Part shown: positions 47,944-56,346 of the stretch, in pieces | How positions within the stretch are numbered: the stretch's first letter is position 1 | Layout of the letters: every line of letters begins with the position of its first letter | The notes under the pieces: model-generated | Seen by the model: the letters and a program-made list of their open reading frames with translations, nothing else | Database searches by the model: none | Told to the model about the DNA's origin: nothing | Position numbers and translations under genes: made by a program | NCBI GenBank assembly: GCA_964607415.1 | Contig: CAZSKK010000002.1 | Coordinates: 352,585 to 416,584 of the forward strand | Source of the DNA: an uncultured Candidatus Saccharibacteria bacterium | GTDB lineage: Bacteria; Patescibacteriota; Dojkabacteria; J137 | Direction of reading: 5' to 3' | Length of the DNA: 64,000 bases

Positions 47944-48372
47944 ATGAAAACAAGATCAACAAAACAAAAAGAAATAGAAGAAAAATGGTATTTGATTGAT
48001 GCAAAAGGTCAGAGAATAGGTAGAATAGCAACTAAAGCTGCACATTTGATAATGGGCAAAAATAATCCATTAGTAAAAAACTACATTGACCCTAAATCAA
48101 AAGTTGTAATTATAAATGCGGATAAAATTGACTTTACAGAAAAAAGAGGATTTTCAAAGTTTTACAAAACATATTCAGGATATCCAAGTGGTTTAAAGGT
48201 TATTTCTTTGGAAGAACAAATGAAAAAATTTCCAACAAGACCTTTGGAACATGCTGTTAGAGGAATGTTACCTAGAAATAAAAGAGGAGATGCTTTATAT
48301 ACAAATTTGTATGTATATGCATCCGAAACACATCCTCATAATGGTCAGCAACCTGTTGAAGTAAAAATTTAA
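47944..48372 (+). CDS. rplM: 50S ribosomal protein L13
   Basis: WYLIDA, SGYPSG, AVRGMLP, HPH..QQP. Confidence 0.96.
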   Translation: MKTRSTKQKEIEEKWYLIDAKGQRIGRIATKAAHLIMGKNNPLVKNYIDPKSKVVIINADKIDFTEKRGFSKFYKTYSGYPSGLKVISLEEQMKKFPTRPLEHAVRGMLPRNKRGDALYTNLYVYASETHPHNGQQPVEVKI

Positions 48373-48396
48373 GTTAACAATTACAGATTATTAATT

Positions 48397-48786
48397 ATGC
48401 AATACACATACACTATCGGAAGAAGAAAAACAGCAAGAGCAACGGTAAGACTTTACTCCGTAGAAGGTGCATCTGAAATAAATGGTAAATCTTTTGATAA
48501 ATATTTTGTAAGTGAATTAGATAAAACCAGAGTATTAGAACCTTTCAAAATTGCTGATTTAAAGGCTAAAGATTATTACTTTACTTCACAAGTAGTAGGA
48601 GGTGGAAAAAATGCTCAACTAGAAGCAATTAGACTTGGAATTGCAAGGGCTATTGTTAAATTGATGCCAGAGAAAAGAGTAGATTTAAAGAAAGAAGGCT
48701 TATTGAAAAGAGATCCAAGAATGGTAGAAAGAAAGAAAACTGGATTGCACAAAGCAAGGAAAGCAGAGCAATACTCAAAGCGTTAA
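48397..48786 (+). CDS. rpsI: 30S ribosomal protein S9
   Basis: GRRKTA, GGG..AQ, RDPRMVERKK, QYSKR. Confidence 0.97.
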   Translation: MQYTYTIGRRKTARATVRLYSVEGASEINGKSFDKYFVSELDKTRVLEPFKIADLKAKDYYFTSQVVGGGKNAQLEAIRLGIARAIVKLMPEKRVDLKKEGLLKRDPRMVERKKTGLHKARKAEQYSKR

Positions 48787-48841
48787 AATTATTAGTGAAG
48801 TTTATATCCCAACACAAATTTACTTATTATTCTTAAGAATA

Positions 48842-49198
48842 ATGAATAAAAGAGAGTTGGGATATTTTTTTGAGCAAGCCGCAATTAAGTACCTTGAAAA
48901 TAAAAATTTCCAATTAATTGAAAATAATTTTAATACCAGAACAGGAGAAATAGATCTGATAATGAAAGATCAAGATTTTACCGTTTTTGTTGAGGTTAAA
49001 AGTCTTAACAAATCTAATAACTTCTATATTTACGAAACACTAACTAAGAAGAAAAAGAAAAGAATAAAAAGTTCAATTTACACATGGCTTAATAAAAATG
49101 ATTTAAACGCAGCAATTTGGAGATGCGATTTTGTCGGTATAATCTATCAAAGCGAAGAAGATTATACTGTTGAGCATTATAAATTTGTTCAACTTTGA
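48842..49198 (+). CDS. YraN family nuclease-like protein
   Basis: G..E..A..YL, GEIDLI, FVEVK, RCD. Confidence 0.9.
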   Translation: MNKRELGYFFEQAAIKYLENKNFQLIENNFNTRTGEIDLIMKDQDFTVFVEVKSLNKSNNFYIYETLTKKKKKRIKSSIYTWLNKNDLNAAIWRCDFVGIIYQSEEDYTVEHYKFVQL

Positions 49199-49209
49199 AC
49201 GTTAGGTAC

Positions 49210-49238
49210 TTGCTTAAAAGTAGAGGATAGGCTATATT
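49210..49238 (+). promoter_or_regulatory. Putative promoter
   Basis: TTGCTT-17bp-TATATT. Confidence 0.45.
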
Positions 49239-49297
49239 ATAAGTAGAAGTGATTGAAAACAAGCTTTAGCAGTGATATACTAAAACTGCTAATACAT

Positions 49298-49675
49298 ATG
49301 GAAAGAAACTTCATACCACCACAAATAATGCAGCAGATTCTTTCAATTATCCCAAATTACTGCGATAAATGTGGTTCTAAACATCAAAAGGCAGATTTGG
49401 AAGTGATTGAATCAGAGAATAGCAACTTAGTTTGCAAGCTGAATTGTACAACTTGTAAGAATGTTTATATGATTCATGTTACAAGTACTCCCGATGGCGT
49501 CATTTCTGCTAAAGGTGCTAAATTTAAGTTGGATATCTCTGATCAAGAAATGAAGAAATTTTCAGGATCTGATCAAATTGCTAAAGACGAAATCCTTGAT
49601 GTTTTTATAGCCTTAAAAGAGGTTCAGACGCTTGAGGATTTTGACACTTTATTTACTACTGATATCAATAACTAA
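49298..49675 (+). CDS. Hypothetical zinc-ribbon protein
   Basis: CDKC and CTTC motifs; ATG 49298 preferred as start. Confidence 0.65.
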   Translation: MERNFIPPQIMQQILSIIPNYCDKCGSKHQKADLEVIESENSNLVCKLNCTTCKNVYMIHVTSTPDGVISAKGAKFKLDISDQEMKKFSGSDQIAKDEILDVFIALKEVQTLEDFDTLFTTDINN

Positions 49676-50734
49676 AGCTCCTGTTTTAATTTTATTCGGT
49701 ACTTCATTAATATCGGCAGTCGTTATTATAATTTGTTCATTCAGTGCGAGAAGAAGATCTGAAAGCCTAGATCTGTGCTCGTTATCAAGCTCTGAAAAAA
49801 TGTCGTCTAGTAAAAATGTTGGATGTATCTCATTATACTTAAGCATGTATTTGTATTGAGCCACCTTCAGAATAAATGCACCTATTCTTTGCTGCCCTCG
49901 AGAACCAAGATAGCGCAAGTTTTTATTATTTAGCAATAACTCATAGTCATCTTTGTGAGGGCCATACAATGTTTTGCCTACAATTATTTCTTTTTGAATA
50001 TTTTGAGAGAATTTTTCTGAAAGGGTATCTTTATATTTCTCAGGGTTGGATTCAGTATTTGGTAAATATTTAACATTAAAATCTTCAAAATCGTGAAATA
50101 TTCTTAACGCTTCGTTAAACATAAAAGATTGATTTTCTGTAAAAAAATTATATCTTTCATGAAAAATTTTGGTACTTAAGTTAATAACCTCGTTTGTCCA
50201 AAAATTTAGTTCACTATGCCTAAATGGCTCATCACGAAGTTGTTTTAGTAATGCATTTCTGTTTTTAATCATTGCCCTAAACCTACTCACAGAACTAGCA
50301 AAACCAGTAATGGTAAATGACAAGAAATCATCAATATCATCTCTTCGAATTTGGGGCTCACCTGAGATAAGATTAACGCTTTGAGGCGCAAACAGAATAA
50401 ATGGTAGTTTGGTGGATAGTTTACCAACCGATGTAATTTTTTTGTTTAATTTGTACTTTCTTGAAAGTCTGTCTTTATCAATTGATACAATATACTCAAT
50501 TTCATTACTATCTTGGTCTATTTGAACTTTTGCAAACTCTGCCTGGTCGCCTATCACATCACTTAAAGAAACTATAGGTCTAAAAGAATATCCTGCTGAT
50601 GAAAAGTATAAACTTTCAAGGAAGTTCGTTTTTCCAATGCCATTTTGAGCAACTATTAAATTAATTCCTGGAGATAATTTGCAGTCCAAATCTTTAATAG
50701 TGCGATAATTTGTAATGCGAACATTGTTAATCAT
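49649..50734 (-). CDS. recF: DNA repair protein RecF
   Basis: NGIGKTNFLE, GPHKDD, GSRGQQR, LLDDIFSELD. Confidence 0.95.
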   Translation of the reverse strand: MINNVRITNYRTIKDLDCKLSPGINLIVAQNGIGKTNFLESLYFSSAGYSFRPIVSLSDVIGDQAEFAKVQIDQDSNEIEYIVSIDKDRLSRKYKLNKKITSVGKLSTKLPFILFAPQSVNLISGEPQIRRDDIDDFLSFTITGFASSVSRFRAMIKNRNALLKQLRDEPFRHSELNFWTNEVINLSTKIFHERYNFFTENQSFMFNEALRIFHDFEDFNVKYLPNTESNPEKYKDTLSEKFSQNIQKEIIVGKTLYGPHKDDYELLLNNKNLRYLGSRGQQRIGAFILKVAQYKYMLKYNEIHPTFLLDDIFSELDNEHRSRLSDLLLALNEQIIITTADINEVPNKIKTGALVIDISSK

Positions 50735-50842
50735 GAGGACAAGTTAGGAATTTTTGAATTCGAAAATTTTTAAAACTTTCTGATGTTTCAAAATTAGGTT
50801 TATTGAAAAATTAAGAAATTGCTCTTCGATTTTACATTACCA

Positions 50843-50871
50843 TTGCCTAAAGCTCAAACTCATTGTAGACT
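50843..50871 (+). promoter_or_regulatory. Putative promoter
   Basis: TTGCCT-17bp-TAGACT. Confidence 0.5.
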
Positions 50872-50893
50872 GTATTCAATTTAGGAATCATTT

Positions 50894-51970
50894 ATGAAAA
50901 AAGGGTTTGATATTTCTATGATAACAAAAGATAAGGCTGGAATAGGTTACTATGCCAGTGAATTGCTTAAGAGCCTCCTCAGAAAAGATCCTGACAACTA
51001 CTTTCTTTTTACAAACTCTGAAAATAATATTCCTATTGAATTTAAAGATAGAAATGTAATAGTAATTAAATCTAAAGCGCCAGGTTTTTTATGGATAGTT
51101 AAAGTGTCGTGGTTTTTAGTAAGAAATAAATTTGATTTATTTATTTCGCCATCGAATTTTCTATTTGGAATTTTATTTCCGAAAACAATCCAAATAGTAC
51201 ATGATTTATCTCCGGTAAAGTATCCCGAATTTTTCGGAAAGAGTTCATCTTTAAAATATAAATACATGCTTAAACTTGCAATCAAAAGATCTTTATTTAT
51301 AGCTACAAACTCTAATACTACAAGACAGGACATTATTGATTCTTATAAAACAAAACACACAAGTAAAATTAGAACAATTGGAATAGGTTTAAATAGTTGG
51401 GCATTAGAAGAAAAAAATGAAAAACAAATGAAAATTGTTAAACACAAATATGATTTACCTGATAATTTTATACTTTCCTTAAGTACTCTAGAGCCTAGAA
51501 AAAACCACAAAAACATGATTAGGGCTTTCGCAGATGTCTCTAAACAAGACGATGATTTATTCTATGTTATAGCTGGGAAGAAGGGATGGCTATTTGATGA
51601 TATTTTTGAGCTTGTTAAAAACCTAAAGTTAGAACATAAGATAAAGTTTATAGGTTACGTTGATGAAAAGGATTTAGCAAGCCTTATAGATTTAAGTAAA
51701 CTTCTTTTATATGTTAGTATCTGGGAAGGCGTAGGAATGCCACCAATGGAAGCTTTAATTCGAAATAAACCTGTTGTTGTATCTGATCTAAAGGTCTTTA
51801 AAGAATTTTTAGAAAGTAAGGCTGTATTTGTTGATCCTTCAAGTCCTGAAAGCATAAAAAAGGGTATAGATATTGGTTTAAAAAGTGATGTAAAAAACGT
51901 ATACGATTTATTAGATGAATATTCTTGGGAAAAGGTCTCAGATAATCTGATTAATTTAACAAAACCATAA
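50894..51970 (+). CDS. GT4 glycosyltransferase (MtfB-like)
   Basis: VHDL, TLEPRKN, EGVGMPPMEA. Confidence 0.92.
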   Translation: MKKGFDISMITKDKAGIGYYASELLKSLLRKDPDNYFLFTNSENNIPIEFKDRNVIVIKSKAPGFLWIVKVSWFLVRNKFDLFISPSNFLFGILFPKTIQIVHDLSPVKYPEFFGKSSSLKYKYMLKLAIKRSLFIATNSNTTRQDIIDSYKTKHTSKIRTIGIGLNSWALEEKNEKQMKIVKHKYDLPDNFILSLSTLEPRKNHKNMIRAFADVSKQDDDLFYVIAGKKGWLFDDIFELVKNLKLEHKIKFIGYVDEKDLASLIDLSKLLLYVSIWEGVGMPPMEALIRNKPVVVSDLKVFKEFLESKAVFVDPSSPESIKKGIDIGLKSDVKNVYDLLDEYSWEKVSDNLINLTKP

Positions 51971-51976
51971 AATTCC

Positions 51977-52006
51977 TTGACAAAAAGGGGGCTTTTAAGT
52001 TATCTT
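51977..52006 (+). promoter_or_regulatory. Promoter upstream of structured array
   Basis: TTGACA-18bp-TATCTT. Confidence 0.6.
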
Positions 52007-52136
52007 AACTGTCGTATATGAATAGTTTACAGTAATCAGTCTTTGGTTCTCAGAAAGACATATTGTAAATTTAGTTCAGAACTTAAAACCTTATTAAATT
52101 ACCTAACACCGAAACAACGTTTTAAGTTGTTGAAAG

Positions 52137-52390
52137 TATAAAGAGATTTTTATTTACCTCATCCTGAGACAGCACATTGTGCTGTCGAATGGAGCTAAAA
52201 TAGGCTCATTGGATTAGAGGAAAAGACTTTATTTTTATAAATAACCTCATCCAATCCTGAAACAAAGTTCAGGATTGACCCGAAACAGCATATTATGCTG
52301 TTGAGAATATAAAGAGATTTTTTATTTACCTCATCCGATTGTGAAACAAAGTTCACAATCGACTTCTCCTAGAGGAGAAGTAAGATGAAT
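52137..52390. ncRNA. Candidate structured RNA / three-unit repeat-hairpin array
   Basis: ACCTCATCC at 52156, 52244 and 52328, each followed by two hairpins; compensatory changes between copies. Confidence 0.55.
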
Positions 52391-52404
52391 AAGCTTGTTT
52401 ATAT

Positions 52405-52809
52405 ATGGCAAAAAACAAAAACCCTAAACTAAATGAAGATGACACGATTGAAGAAGACGGAATGCCTTTAGAGGACACCACTTCTATATCTAATGATGAC
52501 GATGCACTTGCTGATGATTTTGACCCAAGTACTGAAATTGCAGAAGATTCTTCAGAATCAGATGAAGGCGAACTAACAGGTTACACAATGGGCGAAATTG
52601 GCCTTGCAGACATGGAAACTGACAGCGAACATATCGAAGATGCTAAAATATTAAAAGAAGGTTTTAAACTTGCAAAACAAATAGAAAGTATTGATGAAGT
52701 TGAATCAGATGATGAGGACAGTGCAATGACTTTTGATAGTTCTGATGAAGCAGACATTTTCAAAGATTTTGAAGATGATGATACTATTTACGATGGAGAT
52801 GATTATTAA
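52405..52809 (+). CDS. Highly acidic low-complexity protein
   Basis: 49 of 134 residues are D/E by manual count; short basic N-terminus. Confidence 0.75.
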   Translation: MAKNKNPKLNEDDTIEEDGMPLEDTTSISNDDDALADDFDPSTEIAEDSSESDEGELTGYTMGEIGLADMETDSEHIEDAKILKEGFKLAKQIESIDEVESDDEDSAMTFDSSDEADIFKDFEDDDTIYDGDDY

Positions 52810-52818
52810 CAACTTAAA

Positions 52819-53994
52819 ATGAAAAAATACACTTCAAAACAAATAGAAAAAACGATAGATATTTATACTTTCGAAGTTCAGGCTGCAATTGAGTTACTAA
52901 ATGAGCAAAAAGAAAAGCTTTTTCCAGAACTTGCTAAAGATATTAAAATTCCAGGATTTAGACCCGGGAAAGCTCCTAGACAAGTTATAGAAGAAAAACT
53001 TGCCACAAAGCTTTTTACAGAAAGTATAAACCGAATGCTTCCTAGTATTGCTTATGAGGTAATTATTGAAAACAGTTTAAACCCAATAACAAATCTAGAA
53101 TATAGTTTGAAGGATTTTGATGAAAGTAAAGGTATAACTTTTACATTTTCCTTCACAAACTATCCGGAAGTAACTTTGGCAGACTATTCCAAAATAAAAA
53201 TCGCAAAAAAAGAAGTTGTTGTAAAAGATGATGAAATTGAATCTGTAATGCAAAATATTATTAAATCCAGCTTACCAAAAGAAAAATGGGAAAAAAATAT
53301 AGTTAAGAAACCTGAAAAAAGTAGTCAGCAATCAGTAAAGAAGCAAGAAACTAGTAATAAGCAAGGGGAACACGATCACAAAGGGCATTCTCATGCAAAG
53401 AAAGATGATGAAGAAATAAAAATTACAAACGATTTAGTAGAAGCTCTCGGGTATGAAACAGAAAAAACTGTAGAGGACTTAAAAAAATCAATTAAAGAAA
53501 AGTTAGTCGAAATGAAAACTTCTCAAAATCAGCAAGATTATATTGATGAGGTAATCAAAGAAGCTGTTGCTATTTCTAAATTTGATATCCCTAAAGTTTT
53601 TGTGGAAAGAGAAATTGAGATTATGGAAAACAATTTTAAAAAAAGGCTTGAAGATATAAAATTAAACCTTGATACTTATCTTGCATCACAAGGGTCTACT
53701 ATCGAAGAGTATAGAAAAGATTGGGCAAAGCAGGCCGAGGAAAGAGTAAAGACAGATTTAATCCTATTAACAATTGCTTCTAATGAAAAGCTTATACCTA
53801 AAGACAGTGAAGTAGAAACTGAAATTAAATCTATAACAGATCCTTCATTAAAAGCGCAGTATGATAATGCAAATGGAAGGGATTACATTAAAACTGTCAT
53901 GACAAAGCAAAATGGTTTGAAAAAACTTATGGAAATTGTAGAGGGAAATAAAAAAGCTGATAAAGCAGTAACTAAATCGGGGAAAAAGAAATAA
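52819..53994 (+). CDS. tig: Trigger factor lacking the FKBP domain
   Basis: GFRPGKAP ribosome-binding motif; C-domain DIP..FVERE; PPIase replaced by a low-complexity His-rich segment. Confidence 0.92.
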   Translation: MKKYTSKQIEKTIDIYTFEVQAAIELLNEQKEKLFPELAKDIKIPGFRPGKAPRQVIEEKLATKLFTESINRMLPSIAYEVIIENSLNPITNLEYSLKDFDESKGITFTFSFTNYPEVTLADYSKIKIAKKEVVVKDDEIESVMQNIIKSSLPKEKWEKNIVKKPEKSSQQSVKKQETSNKQGEHDHKGHSHAKKDDEEIKITNDLVEALGYETEKTVEDLKKSIKEKLVEMKTSQNQQDYIDEVIKEAVAISKFDIPKVFVEREIEIMENNFKKRLEDIKLNLDTYLASQGSTIEEYRKDWAKQAEERVKTDLILLTIASNEKLIPKDSEVETEIKSITDPSLKAQYDNANGRDYIKTVMTKQNGLKKLMEIVEGNKKADKAVTKSGKKK

Positions 53995-54012
53995 GAATAA
54001 TTGGTTAACGAG

Positions 54013-54040
54013 CAAAGAAGCCGTGGCTTCTTTGTATTTT
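54013..54040. terminator. Intrinsic (possibly bidirectional) terminator
   Basis: CAAAGAAGCC-GT-GGCTTCTTTG then TATTTT, between convergent genes. Confidence 0.65.
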
Positions 54041-54060
54041 CGTTGGAGTCAAACCCTTTG

Positions 54061-54717
54061 CTAATCTTTTCTTAAATCAAAAATTGTTTTTCTAAATAAT
54101 GTTGTTAAGAATACTGAAAGAAGGATTCCCCAGAAAATAACTTTAGTATAAATTTCTTTCTCATTTATTGTTTCGTTATCTAAAACAAGTAGAGTAGAAG
54201 ATGTAAAATTTGCCTTAGATCTTTCACTTAGCTGGCCCTGTGTTTCTGCGTCAATTTCTTTAGCAGCTTCTTCATTTACAGAATCCTGGAAGTTTATCTC
54301 CTTATTTAAGCTGTTTTTAATTCTATTTTCAAATTCAGTCTTACTTAACCCTGTAACTCTACCTCTAAAAGTTTGTTCTTTGGCAAAAAGTTTGCCAGGT
54401 TTTATTTTAACTACAAAATCGTATCCATATTCTTTCAAACCAACGTAATAATAATCAACGGATCTAATAGTTTCCCCTTCATCATTTAGCCTCTCGCCTT
54501 CTTGCGATACCTGTCTTAATAAATCCGGTGTTCCAGTGATTTCAACTACATCATCAAAACTAATTTCCTGAAGAAGTTTATCGGTATAATTATCAGGTTT
54601 AACAACTTTTACTGGTTTATTTGCCATTGACAGATCGTTTCTATACAAAAAATAAACACCTCCGAAAGAAATGGCAGTTATGAGTAGAATTAAAAATACA
54701 GGTTTAGCTAGTTTCAT
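54061..54717 (-). CDS. Hypothetical membrane protein (N- and C-terminal TM)
   Basis: ORF with two terminal hydrophobic helices. Confidence 0.7.
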   Translation of the reverse strand: MKLAKPVFLILLITAISFGGVYFLYRNDLSMANKPVKVVKPDNYTDKLLQEISFDDVVEITGTPDLLRQVSQEGERLNDEGETIRSVDYYYVGLKEYGYDFVVKIKPGKLFAKEQTFRGRVTGLSKTEFENRIKNSLNKEINFQDSVNEEAAKEIDAETQGQLSERSKANFTSSTLLVLDNETINEKEIYTKVIFWGILLSVFLTTLFRKTIFDLRKD

Positions 54718-54735
54718 AAGTGGTTCATTAGTTGC

Positions 54736-54802
54736 ATAACCCCTCCTTTAATTCGTCCCCTTTAATTAAAGGGGAGGTGGCACAGAGAGCCGGTGGGGTT
54801 AT
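54736..54802. repeat. REP/MITE-like element copy 3 (inverted orientation)
   Basis: Reverse complement AACCCCACCGGC..GCCACCTCCCCTTTAATTAAAGGGGA..GGAGGGGTT matches copy 1. Confidence 0.85.
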
Positions 54803-54851
54803 TCAAAAATCGTAATTAATTAAATTCAGTATAGCCTAAAGTGTTTTTTGT

Positions 54852-56333
54852 TTAAAGAACTGCTCCAATGGAATCTCTTACTTTTTTTATAGTCTTTTCT
54901 GCAACCTCGTTGGCTTTAACACCATTTTGTCTGATTAACTCTTTGATTTGTTGTTCATTTTGCGCTAGTTCCTGCCTTTTTGCTCTTTGGCTGCTAAAGT
55001 AGTCTACAAAGAATTCAAAGAAGATATTTTTTAAAGTAACGTCGCCAATGGTTCCTTTTTTATATTGATCTTCAAACTCAAGAATTTGTTCTGAATCGTA
55101 CTCCATCAATTTCATATATTTAAAGATTACATTTTTTTCTGGATCACCCGGATCATCTGCTTTAATTCTTCCCGGATCGGTTGTGATTCCAAGAATTTGT
55201 TTTTTTATTGTATCGCTATCTGCAAAAATTGTAATATCATTACCCAAACTTTTACTCATTTTTCTAACTCCATCAGTCCCCGGAACTCTTGCTACTGAAT
55301 CTTTTACATAAAGATCAGGAATTTTTAACACATTTCCATACCTGTTATTGAAAGTTTTTGCTATATCTCGACATATTTCTACATGTTGAGTTTGATCCTC
55401 TCCCACAGGCACAATATCAGGTTCAAAAATTAGTATATCTGCAGACATTAAAATAGGGTAATTGAATAAACCCATGTTTATACTATCTGTTTCAGCCTCG
55501 GGATCTGAAAGCTTATCTTTGTAGGCATGCATTCTCTTCATATGGGCTAAACTTACCATATTGTTTAAAATCTCCGTAAGTTCAAAAATACTTTTTATAT
55601 GGGATTCAATAAAAAAAGTAGTTTTTTTTATATCTATTCCAAGCGCAAGATAGTCAAGATACGTATCGTAAACATTCTTTGCAAATATATTTTTATCAAA
55701 AACTGTATTTAAAGCGTGATAATCTGCAATAAAGTAAAAACATTCGCCTTTGGTCTGAAATTCAACATGGGGCTTTACAGCACCAAGATAATTGCCTAAG
55801 TGCAGTCCTTTGCTGGAACTTGGTGTAATGCCAGATAAAACTCGCATATTTTCATTATTCGTTAGTGCTTTAACGCTACAAACATCAACAACTTTTGCTG
55901 CGGTTATTCGTACTAGATCTTTTGTAGCTATTTCCAAACTAAACTCGTTTCCTCCTGTACCCACTCTTACAGTATTTTTCTCTAAAACTTTTGAATCCAT
56001 AAACATTTCAAGATCCAGTCCAATTGGAGATACAAGTCCAACTTCAAATCCACTAACAATTTTTAGCTCCTCTGTAGTTGCAATTCTTAAGTCACTTACT
56101 CCTAAAAGCTTTTTAAAACTTTTTAAGTCGATTTTAGTATCATCTCGTCTAAGTAGCGCTATGAATTTATCATCTGCTTTAAAAATTAGTGTTGCACAAC
56201 CATCAGAAAAGTCTAGACCAAATGCTTTAATATGCTCTTCAACACTTATCCCAACGCCTTCCGGAACTTTATGGAGCGTGTAATTAACATTATTAACTTT
56301 TAATATTTGCTCAATTTTTTCAAAATATTTCAT
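54852..56333 (-). CDS. trpS: Tryptophan-tRNA ligase with N-terminal YbaK/ProX-like domain
   Basis: SGITPS, HLGN, YPILMSADIL, VPVGEDQ, KMSKS; first ~155 aa YbaK-like (G.EVGLVSPIG). Confidence 0.93.
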   Translation of the reverse strand: MKYFEKIEQILKVNNVNYTLHKVPEGVGISVEEHIKAFGLDFSDGCATLIFKADDKFIALLRRDDTKIDLKSFKKLLGVSDLRIATTEELKIVSGFEVGLVSPIGLDLEMFMDSKVLEKNTVRVGTGGNEFSLEIATKDLVRITAAKVVDVCSVKALTNNENMRVLSGITPSSSKGLHLGNYLGAVKPHVEFQTKGECFYFIADYHALNTVFDKNIFAKNVYDTYLDYLALGIDIKKTTFFIESHIKSIFELTEILNNMVSLAHMKRMHAYKDKLSDPEAETDSINMGLFNYPILMSADILIFEPDIVPVGEDQTQHVEICRDIAKTFNNRYGNVLKIPDLYVKDSVARVPGTDGVRKMSKSLGNDITIFADSDTIKKQILGITTDPGRIKADDPGDPEKNVIFKYMKLMEYDSEQILEFEDQYKKGTIGDVTLKNIFFEFFVDYFSSQRAKRQELAQNEQQIKELIRQNGVKANEVAEKTIKKVRDSIGAVL

Positions 56334-56346
56334 ATGTGTGAATATG

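Noticed and set aside
49649-50734. recF as a marker of oriC
   Set aside because: No dnaA, dnaN or gyrB, and no DnaA-box cluster seen nearby
52137-52390. CRISPR array
   Set aside because: Only three units, one degenerate; spacers are mutually related palindromes; no cas genes
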